Positions 48,776-58,699 of a stretch of DNA of 64,000 nt are shown here, in pieces. The notes under the pieces were generated by a model. It searched no databases and was not told the DNA's origin. It saw nothing but the letters and a program-made list of their open reading frames with translations. The DNA lies in the IMG/VR virus record IMGVR_UViG_3300026292_000003, positions 157,644 to 221,643 of that record. One strand, 5' to 3'. Every line of letters starts with the position of its first letter. Position 1 is the first letter of the stretch. Made by a program: the position numbers and the translations under genes.

Positions 48776-49504
48776 ATGTCTATAGAAGCTTGGGAAAATA
48801 GATACACAGTAAGAAAATTTTCAGAAACTAACAGAGAAATCAATCCAGAACATTTAAAATATCTAGAAACAGCATTAAACAACTTACCATATCAGTGTAA
48901 TATAAAATCTGATGTATGGATATATCTTGGCAGTAGTGATAAAGATCTTGAATTCAGAAAATGGTTGATGGAAAATATATACAATATGTATAATCAAAAA
49001 GGTGAATTTAAAGAACATATGTTACCTGTGCTACAAGCACCCGGTATTATGTTGTGTGTCAAAACAAGTAGAGCTTGGTTAGATGGAGCAGGTGACAGAT
49101 CATCTAGTGATATAGAAGCTATAGCAGATAGAGCAGAAGGTATGTTTACTGGTGCAGTTATTGCAATAATGCTAAACTTTGGATACAAAGTAGGAACATT
49201 TCGTTGCACATCTGGACTAGAAGAATACCCAAACGATAAAATAGAATACTTTTCTAACTACATTAAAGACAGATATGAATCACAACTTGCACATATGTTT
49301 CAAACAGATGATCCAGAAGAATTTGAATTTGAGCCAGGAACAATAGTAGCATTTGGCCCAGAAGATGAAAAATACATAAACATTAAAACTGGTAAAGCTC
49401 TAGTACCTGGAACCAATAAAGCTGAATGGAATGGTTACGAATTTCATTCTTATAAGATAACAGGTAGACAAACTTACGATATACCTTCGTGTATCTTTCA
49501 ATAG
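48776..49504 (+). CDS. Nitroreductase-like protein
   Basis: N-terminal ENRYTVRKFS FMN-binding motif; QAP. Confidence 0.6.
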   Translation: MSIEAWENRYTVRKFSETNREINPEHLKYLETALNNLPYQCNIKSDVWIYLGSSDKDLEFRKWLMENIYNMYNQKGEFKEHMLPVLQAPGIMLCVKTSRAWLDGAGDRSSSDIEAIADRAEGMFTGAVIAIMLNFGYKVGTFRCTSGLEEYPNDKIEYFSNYIKDRYESQLAHMFQTDDPEEFEFEPGTIVAFGPEDEKYINIKTGKALVPGTNKAEWNGYEFHSYKITGRQTYDIPSCIFQ

Positions 49505-49513
49505 GAAACAAAT

Positions 49514-50368
49514 ATGAATCACATTTATCTAGTATGTACTCGTAGTGCGATAAGTGCTAGTGCATTAACTTATATAATAAATCAAAGTCCACAGTTCTAT
49601 AACATAACCCATCAAGGCCTTTATATAGATGAAGATGGTGAAAGCTTCTCAAAAGCAGTTACTATAAATGATTGGTGGAATATTCCACATGACTTCGCTA
49701 AAGCATACAATGAAGATTTACGTAACAATGAGACCATGTCCGTTGACACATTAAAGGCATTGTGTGATGCTTGGACTATAGACAAGGATATAGCATTATT
49801 CACACACGCAAAAAACACAAAAGACATTATGAAGTGGAGAGATGAATTTAATTTACCAATAAAAGTAGTTACTACGATTATGGGAAAAAATTGTTTTAAA
49901 TATTTGGATATGTATTTAAAAAGAGAGTATAGTAGCCTAATGAATGAGTTTACTGATTTGTTTGATACTTGGAAACACATATACAATCAATTCTTAACTA
50001 TAGATACAATATGGGCATCTAATACTGATTGCGTACTAGAAATGAACGACTGGTTAGACTCAGCAGAAGTAGCCTATAACAAGCTAGATATAGCACATAA
50101 TAAGCACATAGCACAATGGATAAGCGAATATAAGATGTACAACAGTTATACTGAATTAGATATTCAAAAGAATAATATATCTAACAAGTTGAAAACAATA
50201 TGTTACATTTACAATAAATATGAGTATATGCTCCATAACGATATGGCTAAACGTTTATTTGCAATCGCAGTAATTGATGCAGTTAGAGAATGGGAAGAAA
50301 ATAGTACTATGCAAGATATAATCAATAGGGTTGCAAAAAAGGCAAGATTGAGCTTGACTAATACCTAG
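49514..50368 (+). CDS. Hypothetical protein, possible sulfotransferase-like fold
   Basis: IYLVCTRSAISASALTYII. Confidence 0.55.
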   Translation: MNHIYLVCTRSAISASALTYIINQSPQFYNITHQGLYIDEDGESFSKAVTINDWWNIPHDFAKAYNEDLRNNETMSVDTLKALCDAWTIDKDIALFTHAKNTKDIMKWRDEFNLPIKVVTTIMGKNCFKYLDMYLKREYSSLMNEFTDLFDTWKHIYNQFLTIDTIWASNTDCVLEMNDWLDSAEVAYNKLDIAHNKHIAQWISEYKMYNSYTELDIQKNNISNKLKTICYIYNKYEYMLHNDMAKRLFAIAVIDAVREWEENSTMQDIINRVAKKARLSLTNT

Positions 50369-50382
50369 TTAAAGTGTATAAT
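50354..50382 (+). promoter_or_regulatory. sigma70-type promoter
   Basis: TTGACT-N17-TATAAT. Confidence 0.75.
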
Positions 50383-50411
50383 TTATAAAATTAACAAAGG
50401 AGAATTTGCAT

Positions 50412-50669
50412 ATGAGTATTTCATTCAGTAATGATGATATAGAAAAACTTAAAAGGCTAATTCAAGAAGGTACTCAAGTCATGGGCGAAGTCGAAACCTT
50501 AAACGAGGGATTAAAAGACACCGTCAAGCATATTGCAGAAGAAATGGGAATCAAACCGGCTGTACTTACTAAAGCAATTAAGGTAGCACACAAAGGCGAG
50601 TTTGGTAAACATAGAGATGACTTTGATACTCTTGAGTCTATTTTGCATAGTGTCGGAAAAGACATCTAA
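50412..50669 (+). CDS. dsDNA-binding protein (T4 DsbA/GapR-like)
   Basis: LKDTVKHIAEEMGIKPAVLTKAIKVAHK. Confidence 0.7.
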   Translation: MSISFSNDDIEKLKRLIQEGTQVMGEVETLNEGLKDTVKHIAEEMGIKPAVLTKAIKVAHKGEFGKHRDDFDTLESILHSVGKDI

Positions 50670-50672
50670 GTA

Positions 50673-51926
50673 GTGCAACAAAAAGATACCGCTTATATTC
50701 CTACTTCTGAAAATACATGGTGTGTCAGTCCTTGGACTGAGATTCATATTGATCAAGAAGGTGAGATGGTATTTTGCTGTCAAGCTAAAGACGTAGTAGG
50801 AAACGTCAAAACAGATAAAATCAAAGATATCTTTAATGGCATTGAATACAAAAAAGCCAGACAAATGACATTAACTAATGTCTGGCCTAAAGGATGCCAT
50901 TTATGTGAAAGAGCAGAAAAGGTTGTTAACCGAAGTATGCGATATCAACAACAAGAAACATATGACGGTAATTTAAATCCTGTAATACCAGACATTACAA
51001 AAAACTACAAAATACAAAAGTTTAAAATTGATTTCAGTAATCAATGTAATTTAAGATGTACGATGTGTGGTCCTAATAGAAGTACTGGCTGGTTCAAAGA
51101 TGCTAAAATGCTTATGAACTCTGACCTTACTAGAAAAGAAGTAGGTAGAGCAGTATACATTCAGCAAAAAGATGATACACTTCCATACAGTATAGAAAAT
51201 TATGGAATTCCTAGTAGTGTTGTAGATGATAATTTAGATGTTATATTAGATACCAAATTGATTGATATAAGTGGTGGAGAACCTTTTTATACGCCACAGT
51301 TCAAATATCTAGTAGATAAACTAGTAGAGCATAATTACAAAGGAAGATTAAAAGTTATTACAAATCTAACATTGTTAGATAAAGAGTATGTAGAAAAATT
51401 AAAAAATATTGATACAACATTAATTGTTAGTATGGACGCCGTTGGCGATTTATACGAATACGTGAGACCTAGTACACCATTTGGAAAATACAAAGGCAAA
51501 GATATACAAAACAAGATTATTGAATTAAAACACGATCACGGTTTTGATATGTCAATAAGTTATACACCACAACTGTTTAATGTATATAACATACAAGATT
51601 ATTTAGATTGGTTACAATTTGCTAAATTAGGATTGAAAAGTGAGTTTATGTTTAATGGACCTGTTGTTCATCCCAGATATTTAACTATAGCGGTACACCC
51701 AGATATGGATTACAAAATGAGACTTGCAGAAAGACTTGAAAAAGATTTTGGTAAAACTAATAGGTTAGATGGAATAATTAACCTATGTAAGAAACCAAGA
51801 GACGAAGAAGAATTAGACAACTGGAAGTTCTTCTGTAAAATCACAGAAATGCTTGACAAACATAGAAAAACAAGTATACTAAACTATATTCCGCAATTAG
51901 AAAAATACTGGGTTAAAAACGTATGA
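50673..51926 (+). CDS. Radical SAM/twitch protein
   Basis: CNLRCTMC, SGGEP; WCVSPW..FCC..CHLC. Confidence 0.9.
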   Translation: MQQKDTAYIPTSENTWCVSPWTEIHIDQEGEMVFCCQAKDVVGNVKTDKIKDIFNGIEYKKARQMTLTNVWPKGCHLCERAEKVVNRSMRYQQQETYDGNLNPVIPDITKNYKIQKFKIDFSNQCNLRCTMCGPNRSTGWFKDAKMLMNSDLTRKEVGRAVYIQQKDDTLPYSIENYGIPSSVVDDNLDVILDTKLIDISGGEPFYTPQFKYLVDKLVEHNYKGRLKVITNLTLLDKEYVEKLKNIDTTLIVSMDAVGDLYEYVRPSTPFGKYKGKDIQNKIIELKHDHGFDMSISYTPQLFNVYNIQDYLDWLQFAKLGLKSEFMFNGPVVHPRYLTIAVHPDMDYKMRLAERLEKDFGKTNRLDGIINLCKKPRDEEELDNWKFFCKITEMLDKHRKTSILNYIPQLEKYWVKNV

Positions 51927-54616
51927 GTTATGTAGACGCAATTCACAACAAAGAAAAAGATGTTGTACAGGTAGTTGAACGTGTAGATGGTAAACGTCAG
52001 TTCAAAGAAATTCCTGCAAAATACACATTTTATTATAAAGATGCACGTGGTAAATTTACTAGTATTTTTGGTGAAAAGTTAGAACGTGTAGTTTGTAATA
52101 CCAGTAAAAAATTCAACACAGAAAAGAAGATTAATGGGCACAAAGGTTTGTATGAAAGTGATGTAAATGTTATTTTTAAAACATTTGCTGAAAACTATGA
52201 TCCTAATGAAGTGCCAAAACTTAATATTGCATTTTTTGATATTGAGACTGACTTTAATAAAGAAATGGGATTTGCTGAACCTAGTGATCCTTTTAATCCT
52301 ATAACTGCTATTAGTTTACATTGTAATTGGCTTGATACAACTATATGTCTTGCAATTGGTCCTAAAACTATGAGCTTTGATGAAGCACAGGCAGTAACTA
52401 ACAAGTTTGAAAATACTATACTATTTAGAACTGAAAAAGAACTACTTGAAGCATTCCTTGACTTAATTGATGATGCTGATATATTAAGTGGTTGGAACAG
52501 TGAAGGTTTTGATATTCCTTATATGGTTAATCGTGTTGCTAAAGTAATGAGTAAAAGTCATACACGTAAATTTTGTCTTTGGGATAAAATGCCTAAAGAA
52601 AGAAGGTTTGAAAGATATGGTGCAGAACAACAAACATTTGATTTAATTGGTCGTGTACATTTAGACTATATGGAATTATATCGTAAGTACACATATCACG
52701 AAATGCATAGTTATAGTTTAGATGCTATTGGTGAATATGAACTAGGCGATCGTAAAGTAGAATATGATGGTACGTTAGACCAGCTATACAACAATGACTT
52801 TGAAAAGTTTATTGCATATTCTAGGCAAGACGTTGAACTACTTGTTAAGCTAGATGCTAAACTACAATTTATTGATTTGGCAAACGTATTAGCACATTCT
52901 AATACTGTACTACTTCAAACAACAATGGGTGCGGTTGCACAAACAGATCAAGCTATTATTAATGAAGCACATAGGCAAGGACTTATTGTTCCTGATAAAA
53001 GATATGATAAAGATACTACACAGGCCGCAGGTGCATATGTTGCTAATCCTAAAAAAGGTATGCATAAGTGGGTTGGTAGTATTGACTTGAACAGTCTATA
53101 TCCTAGTATCTTACGTAGTGGTAATATGAGTACGGAAACTATTATTGGTCAAGTGCGACATACATATACACAAGAAATGATCGAGAATGCAAAAACTGTA
53201 GCAGAGGCCTGGGAAGGAAGATTTGCTACACATGAATATGAAAAAGTTATGGAAAAAGATATAGTTGAAAAGCTACATCTTGATTTTGAAAATGGTGATA
53301 GTTTTGAAGCAACCGGTGCAGAAATATATGAATTAATTTTTAATAGTGGGCAACCTTGGATTATTAGTGCTAATGGTACAATATTCAGTTATGAGAAAAA
53401 AGGTGTTATTCCTGGTTTGCTAGAACGTTGGTATGCTGAACGTAAAGAGCTACAAGCAAAAGCACGTGAAGCTAGAGCAGAAGGCGGAGATGCATTTGCA
53501 TTTTGGGATAAACGACAACTTGTTAAAAAGATTAACTTAAACAGTTTGTATGGTGCATTATTAAATCCTGGTAGTAGATTCTTTGATAGTAGATTAGGGC
53601 AAAGTACAACATTAACAGGTAGAGTTATTGCAAGACATATGGCGGCAGAGCTTAACAAAGTTATTGCAGGTGAATATGATTATATGGGTAAAGCTATTGT
53701 TTATGGTGATACAGACTCAACTTATTTTAGTGCATATCCTGTTTTAAAAGAACAGATTAAAAAAGGTGAAATTAATTGGGATAGAGATAATATTATTTCA
53801 TACTATGATGCAGTATGTGAAGAAGTTAATAAAACATTTCCTGCATTTATGAATAAAACATTTCATACTACCTTAGAGCTAGGTCAAATAATTGCGGCTG
53901 GTAGAGAAATGGTAGGAAGTAGTGGAATCTTTATTACTAAAAAACGTTATGCAATGTTAGTATTTGATAACGAAGGTAAACGTGAAGATGTAGATGGTAA
54001 AGCTGGCTATATTAAAGCTATGGGGTTAGATCTTAAACGTAGTGATACGCCACCTTGGATGCAAGACTTTCTTAAAAACATTTTACTAGATGTACTTACA
54101 GGTAGTGAAGAAAATGAGATAATTGATAAAATTATTGAGTTTCGTAAAGAATATAGAGAAAAGCCTAGTTGGCAAAAAGGTAGTCCTAAACGTGTTAACA
54201 ATTTGACTGCATATAGAGGTAAGATGGATAGATATGATAGAGATAGAAAGAAAGCACATGACACAGGTAAAAGTGTAAAAGACATTAAAAAGCCTCCTAT
54301 GCCAGGTCACGTAACTGCGGCACTAAATTGGAATAAGCTAAGACAGATCAATAGCGATAGTTATGCAGTAGAAATTACTGATGGTATGAAAACTATTGTA
54401 TGTAGGCTTAAAGATAATCCAATGGGTATGACAAGTGTTGGTTATCCTACAGATGAAACACGTTTGCCAGAATGGTTTAAAGAATTACCATTTGATGATG
54501 ATCATATGGAATCCGTAGTAGTTACTAAAAAGCTAGAAAATCTACTAGGTGTGCTAAATTGGGACCTAGATAAAGCCGCGGCAAAAAACACATTTAACAG
54601 TTTATTTGAGTTTTAA
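51923..54616 (+). CDS. Family B DNA polymerase (T4 gp43-like)
   Basis: Exo FDIETD, GWNSEGFD; DLNSLYPS, KINLNSLYG, YGDTDS, KKRY. Confidence 0.97.
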   Translation: MSYVDAIHNKEKDVVQVVERVDGKRQFKEIPAKYTFYYKDARGKFTSIFGEKLERVVCNTSKKFNTEKKINGHKGLYESDVNVIFKTFAENYDPNEVPKLNIAFFDIETDFNKEMGFAEPSDPFNPITAISLHCNWLDTTICLAIGPKTMSFDEAQAVTNKFENTILFRTEKELLEAFLDLIDDADILSGWNSEGFDIPYMVNRVAKVMSKSHTRKFCLWDKMPKERRFERYGAEQQTFDLIGRVHLDYMELYRKYTYHEMHSYSLDAIGEYELGDRKVEYDGTLDQLYNNDFEKFIAYSRQDVELLVKLDAKLQFIDLANVLAHSNTVLLQTTMGAVAQTDQAIINEAHRQGLIVPDKRYDKDTTQAAGAYVANPKKGMHKWVGSIDLNSLYPSILRSGNMSTETIIGQVRHTYTQEMIENAKTVAEAWEGRFATHEYEKVMEKDIVEKLHLDFENGDSFEATGAEIYELIFNSGQPWIISANGTIFSYEKKGVIPGLLERWYAERKELQAKAREARAEGGDAFAFWDKRQLVKKINLNSLYGALLNPGSRFFDSRLGQSTTLTGRVIARHMAAELNKVIAGEYDYMGKAIVYGDTDSTYFSAYPVLKEQIKKGEINWDRDNIISYYDAVCEEVNKTFPAFMNKTFHTTLELGQIIAAGREMVGSSGIFITKKRYAMLVFDNEGKREDVDGKAGYIKAMGLDLKRSDTPPWMQDFLKNILLDVLTGSEENEIIDKIIEFRKEYREKPSWQKGSPKRVNNLTAYRGKMDRYDRDRKKAHDTGKSVKDIKKPPMPGHVTAALNWNKLRQINSDSYAVEITDGMKTIVCRLKDNPMGMTSVGYPTDETRLPEWFKELPFDDDHMESVVVTKKLENLLGVLNWDLDKAAAKNTFNSLFEF

Positions 54617-54702
54617 CACTCATAGGTTGCACAACTTTCTATTGACAAAACCAGTTAATTAACTTATTATATTACTTTATGATAATATATCGTAAATATT
54701 AT

Positions 54703-55254
54703 ATGCAGAAGGCGTTAATATTTTTAGTATTTACATTGTTTTCATTCAACGTAAATGCGACTGAAATAACCAACAATGAGTTCGCTAAAAGAATTAGCAA
54801 GTGTGTTAGTTCAATTTATGCAGATGCTGAACAATATCCAAAACACAAACAAATTCCACTAGAACTAGTAATTGCACAGGCCGCACACGAATCAGCTTGG
54901 GGTAAAAGCAGGTTTGCAGTAGAAGGTAATGCATTATTTGGTGTAAGAACTTGGGATGAGAACGTCCCACATATAAAAGCTAAAGGAGCACCAGATGCAG
55001 AATGGGGTGTTAAAACATATAGAAATTGGTGCGATTCTGTAGCAGATTATATTAGAATATTAAATAACCATCCAGCATATGAACAATTCAGAGAAGAGCT
55101 AGATTTTCAATACAAAACACTAGGTAAAGCAGAAGCCATTACATTAGTGCAATACTTAGAAGCTTGGAGTGAGCAAGGACAACAGTATATTCACCTACTT
55201 CAAAGCATAATTCAGTCATTATATCAGCAAGATTTCTTCAAAAATATCAAATAA
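54703..55254 (+). CDS. GH73 glucosaminidase (Bax/FlgJ-like), signal peptide
   Basis: IAQAAHESAWGKSRFA..NALFGV, LNNHPAY. Confidence 0.85.
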   Translation: MQKALIFLVFTLFSFNVNATEITNNEFAKRISKCVSSIYADAEQYPKHKQIPLELVIAQAAHESAWGKSRFAVEGNALFGVRTWDENVPHIKAKGAPDAEWGVKTYRNWCDSVADYIRILNNHPAYEQFREELDFQYKTLGKAEAITLVQYLEAWSEQGQQYIHLLQSIIQSLYQQDFFKNIK

Positions 55255-55269
55255 TTTTCAAAAAAGATT

Positions 55270-55298
55270 AAAAACCCTTGATTTTACTGGGTTTTTTA
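55270..55298. terminator. Bidirectional terminator-like hairpin
   Basis: AAAAACCC-TTGATTTTACT-GGGTTTTTT. Confidence 0.6.
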
Positions 55299-55311
55299 TT
55301 GGTAAAAAAGG

Positions 55312-55340
55312 TTGACTTTTATACCAAGATGTCTTACAAT
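55312..55340 (+). promoter_or_regulatory. Early sigma70 promoter with ACCAAGATGTCTTA element
   Basis: TTGACT-N17-TACAAT. Confidence 0.75.
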
Positions 55341-55375
55341 ATATACATAATTAGAAAAAAGGAGAAATATAAATT

Positions 55376-55705
55376 ATGATGTTTAAAAAAGAAAACTTTG
55401 AATATGATGGTATGTACTTAATGTATAATCTTAAGCCTGGTCAACATTATGGTAACAATGAATTTGTTGCTAGATTTAAATATGTTAAATTTGCAGGTGC
55501 TTTTAAAAACTTCTTAATTAAGCATTTTACTACTGATGAATATTTTGGTAGATATAAAGCAGGTGAAAGCCCATTAGATATTTTAGAATCTAAAGGTTTT
55601 GTTACACCACAAGCTAAAAAACTTTGTAAAAAGCATGATATGGTTCCTAGCAAAGAAAACTATATGAAATGTATTAAAATTGAAATGGAAAGAAGAGGAC
55701 TTTAA
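55376..55705 (+). CDS. Early hypothetical protein
   Basis: AAGGAG SD; FVARFKY...PLDILESKG. Confidence 0.75.
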   Translation: MMFKKENFEYDGMYLMYNLKPGQHYGNNEFVARFKYVKFAGAFKNFLIKHFTTDEYFGRYKAGESPLDILESKGFVTPQAKKLCKKHDMVPSKENYMKCIKIEMERRGL

Positions 55706-55707
55706 TA

Positions 55708-56232
55708 ATGAACGCACTAGTTTCACATATCGAATCAAAAAATGCAGAAATGCAGAAGTGGATTGATGAAGATCCAAAAAATAGGTTTGGTGGTATGCTA
55801 GTTACTGATCCTGCACATTGGGCAGAGTATAAAATCTATACACCTGCTGAATTAGACAGGTATTTAGATGAAACTACTCTTTACGAGATGGTTTCTTATT
55901 GTACTAGCAAGAGTTATGCTAGACACGTTGTTGCTAATACTGATGGTATGAGTGATGAAGAATTTAAAAAAGAAATGGACTATTGGTCTAAAGAATCTGA
56001 TGCTCATTCTATAGAAGAAGCAGAAGCTGAAAAAATTAATATCAAAGAATTTGAAGATAGAGTTACTGACACTATTAAATCAGGTGCAGGTAATAGGGAA
56101 ACTGCATTACGTTGGATAATGCAGGCTGAGAATATGGAAGATGAACATGACGCAGGTTATATTTGTTATTGTTTAAATTTGCCATATTCTTATGAGAAAG
56201 AATTTCAACCATTAATTAAGAGGGTTGCATAA
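55708..56232 (+). CDS. Early hypothetical protein
   Basis: GAGG SD; GAGNRETALRW. Confidence 0.75.
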   Translation: MNALVSHIESKNAEMQKWIDEDPKNRFGGMLVTDPAHWAEYKIYTPAELDRYLDETTLYEMVSYCTSKSYARHVVANTDGMSDEEFKKEMDYWSKESDAHSIEEAEAEKINIKEFEDRVTDTIKSGAGNRETALRWIMQAENMEDEHDAGYICYCLNLPYSYEKEFQPLIKRVA

Positions 56233-56330
56233 TGGGTAATTGGATTAAAAACTTTTTAGATGGATTAGCAATAAGAGTTTTTTGGTTTATTATCTTTGTA
56301 ATCTTCTGTATGATATTTCAACCATTTTAA
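56232..56330 (+). CDS. 32-aa single-TM peptide
   Basis: TAATG-coupled; MGNWIKNFLDGLAIRVFWFIIFVIFCMIFQPF. Confidence 0.5.
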   Translation: MGNWIKNFLDGLAIRVFWFIIFVIFCMIFQPF

Positions 56331-56339
56331 AAAATAATT

Positions 56340-56579
56340 ATGGAAAAGCTAGGTATTGATATTTTAAAAGAATTAGGAATGGGTCCATTAGATAGAGGAC
56401 ATGGTAGTCCATACGACAGAGGTCGTGCAGATAGTTACTATAGACGTAGCAAAAGACCCCATTATAGGCTGGGTCAAGTAGAAATAGATGAAAAAAATAT
56501 GACCCAAGAAGAAAAAAGCCAGTATTTACAAGGGTTTTTGGACAATGAAAAAGACGGTGATTTTAAAGATTTTGGTTGA
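56340..56579 (+). CDS. Conserved phage hypothetical protein (HGSPYDRGRADSYY)
   Basis: Recognisable motif; 79 aa. Confidence 0.75.
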   Translation: MEKLGIDILKELGMGPLDRGHGSPYDRGRADSYYRRSKRPHYRLGQVEIDEKNMTQEEKSQYLQGFLDNEKDGDFKDFG

Positions 56580-56604
56580 CAAATTAACCAAGATGTCTTA
56601 TTAT
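56576..56604 (+). promoter_or_regulatory. Early sigma70 promoter with ACCAAGATGTCTTA element
   Basis: TTGACA-N17-TATTAT. Confidence 0.75.
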
Positions 56605-56636
56605 AATAGTATAGTTAGAAACAAAGGAGAAAATAT

Positions 56637-56885
56637 ATGATACACAGTTTGTTAGAAATGGAATTTAATAAAGCAGTTAACGATTCTGACAACAAAAACG
56701 AAGACGGTTCTATTAATTGGAACTTTGTTGATTCAGATTGTTATATGAGTGGTGTTCCAAAACTATACAAAAACGATGCTGAGTATTATGCAGATTGGAA
56801 TGATTTAGCAGATAAGTTTGAAGCTAAATCTTCAACAGTTGACTTTGATCAAACTTCATTTAATTTTAACCAGGAGGACAAATAA
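56637..56885 (+). CDS. Acidic early protein (DGSINWNFVDSD)
   Basis: AAGGAG SD. Confidence 0.7.
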   Translation: MIHSLLEMEFNKAVNDSDNKNEDGSINWNFVDSDCYMSGVPKLYKNDAEYYADWNDLADKFEAKSSTVDFDQTSFNFNQEDK

Positions 56886-56886
56886 T

Positions 56887-57171
56887 ATGACGCCGGAACT
56901 TAAAAATGCAATTGATGCATTGAGAAAAATCAATAGCACTTCAGACATGAGCGAACTTGCTGATGCTTGGAAACTTCATTCAAGATATATTGGATCTCAA
57001 AATAAAAGAGGTCTTAAAATTGGTGATATGATTGAATGGGAATATAGAGGTAACATTAAGCAGGGTGAAATTGTTAAAATTAATCCTACTACTACTGTAA
57101 TTAAAGGTGAGTTTGATATTAGAACTAGAATTTCAAATTCATTAATTAAAGGTAAAGTGGAGGTTGCTTAA
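56887..57171 (+). CDS. Small protein with SH3/KOW-like C-terminus
   Basis: AGGAGG SD; LKIGDMIEW..GEIVKIN. Confidence 0.7.
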   Translation: MTPELKNAIDALRKINSTSDMSELADAWKLHSRYIGSQNKRGLKIGDMIEWEYRGNIKQGEIVKINPTTTVIKGEFDIRTRISNSLIKGKVEVA

Positions 57172-57374
57172 TGTCGCAGACTAAAAATATGTATTGGGAC
57201 GAAGCTGAAAAGGCTTTGGATGTTTTAAAGGCAAAAAAAGATGCAGGCGAAAGTATTGAGAGTATCGTTGCATTTGCTAAAGAACAGAATGTTGCTTGGG
57301 GTCTAGTTGGTTTTGATACTGACTATCCAAGTGAGCTTGAAGATCAACTTACTGAATGGTTACAGGAGGCCTAA
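57171..57374 (+). CDS. Hypothetical protein
   Basis: GGAGG SD; TAATG coupling. Confidence 0.7.
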   Translation: MSQTKNMYWDEAEKALDVLKAKKDAGESIESIVAFAKEQNVAWGLVGFDTDYPSELEDQLTEWLQEA

Positions 57375-57379
57375 ACAGA

Positions 57380-58051
57380 ATGAACTTTATAATGAAAGCT
57401 ATTAGTAATCTTTTTACTGGCATATGCATTTTAGGAATTGCCTTCTTTGCATTAAACTATCCACCTACAGAAGTTAAAGCTGATACAACAGGTGTATTGC
57501 CTGATTATGAGGTAGTGGATATTGAACAACATAAATTTATAATGGATACTGAACTAGTTAAATATACAAAGAAAGATGTTGCTTGTTTAGTAGAGAATAT
57601 GTACTTTGAAGCACGTAGTGACGGGTATGCAGGTATGTATGCAGTAACAATGGTAGTTATGAACCGTGTTGCTGATAAGAGATATCCAAATACAGTTTGT
57701 GGTGTTATACAACAAGGTCCTACTAGAGAGTCTTGGAAAACACGTGGTAAAGATGTTGCAGATAGTGAACGTAAATATTGGCCAATTAAAAACAGATGTC
57801 AGTTTAGCTGGTACTGTGATGGTAAAAAAGATGTAATGTATAACGAAGAAGCAGTACATTTGGCTACAGATATTGCCCTACTTGTTTTAGACATAAGTAC
57901 TAATAGATTAGGTGATACAACATTCCTGGTTGATATAACAGAAGGTAGTACACATTATCATACCAACTATGTTAATCCTAAATGGAAGAACGATAGAGGA
58001 ATGGCTAGAATCACTAGTGTAGGAACACACATATTTTATAGGTGGAACTAA
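57380..58051 (+). CDS. SleB/CwlJ-type cell wall hydrolase
   Basis: CLVENMYFEAR, VMNRV, PNTVCGVI, CQFSWYCDG, THYH..PKW, HIFY. Confidence 0.9.
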   Translation: MNFIMKAISNLFTGICILGIAFFALNYPPTEVKADTTGVLPDYEVVDIEQHKFIMDTELVKYTKKDVACLVENMYFEARSDGYAGMYAVTMVVMNRVADKRYPNTVCGVIQQGPTRESWKTRGKDVADSERKYWPIKNRCQFSWYCDGKKDVMYNEEAVHLATDIALLVLDISTNRLGDTTFLVDITEGSTHYHTNYVNPKWKNDRGMARITSVGTHIFYRWN

Positions 58052-58053
58052 AG

Positions 58054-58245
58054 ATGGCTGAATGGCTACTAGTATTAGTATTAGCAACCTCAACAGGAGA
58101 TATTAAAGCTCATACGGTTGCTAATTTTAACACCGTTGCAGAATGTACTGACGCAATGGTTACAGTAGGAAAAGAAGGTCCTGCTATAGATGAACCACAA
58201 AACGTTGTTGTAGTTTGTCTAGAAAAAGGAAAGGACGATGAATAA
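58054..58245 (+). CDS. Small Cys-containing protein
   Basis: WLLVLV...FNTVAEC...VVC. Confidence 0.6.
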   Translation: MAEWLLVLVLATSTGDIKAHTVANFNTVAECTDAMVTVGKEGPAIDEPQNVVVVCLEKGKDDE

Positions 58246-58343
58246 TGGAAGATATGTTTTTAATAAGTGATTGGGAATTAATCGGATATATGACTCTTTT
58301 TTCTGTATGCTTTTTATTCTGGTTATGGTGGACAGGCAAGTGA
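58245..58343 (+). CDS. 32-aa single-TM peptide
   Basis: TAATG/GTGA coupling on both sides. Confidence 0.45.
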   Translation: MEDMFLISDWELIGYMTLFSVCFLFWLWWTGK

Positions 58344-58543
58344 GTAAAAAGAAAACAAAAAAAATAAAAAAAGTAAAAGACCATGAGCTACTACAGGCAA
58401 ATAATTATTTGAAACTTGGAAAAAGAGTAGATGCTTTAGAAGTTAAAATTGATAAACTTGCTAATATGATAGACGAGCATATTAGAATTTTTGATACACC
58501 AGGGCCAATCAAGAGAATTTGGCAAAAACTCTTAGGAGAATAA
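58340..58543 (+). CDS. Hypothetical coiled-coil protein
   Basis: GTG start overlapping previous stop. Confidence 0.55.
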   Translation: MSKKKTKKIKKVKDHELLQANNYLKLGKRVDALEVKIDKLANMIDEHIRIFDTPGPIKRIWQKLLGE

Positions 58544-58546
58544 TAA

Positions 58547-58699
58547 GTGAAACAATGGATTAGCAAAGACAAATATGAAGATTGGGCAACTGTTATTAGA
58601 ACAGAACAAGTTCCAGTCGCTAGGGTAATTCAAGTAATGGAAGAGAACCCAACATTTGCAGAATGGTATAGAAAAACTTATCTGAATGAAACTTCGTGA
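58547..58699 (+). CDS. Hypothetical 50-aa protein
   Basis: AGGAG SD, GTG; WATVIRTEQVP. Confidence 0.55.
   Translation: MKQWISKDKYEDWATVIRTEQVPVARVIQVMEENPTFAEWYRKTYLNETS

Noticed and set aside
51923-54616. Intein, intron or split in the DNA polymerase
   Set aside because: A single 897-aa ORF with all motifs at normal spacing and no splicing motifs.
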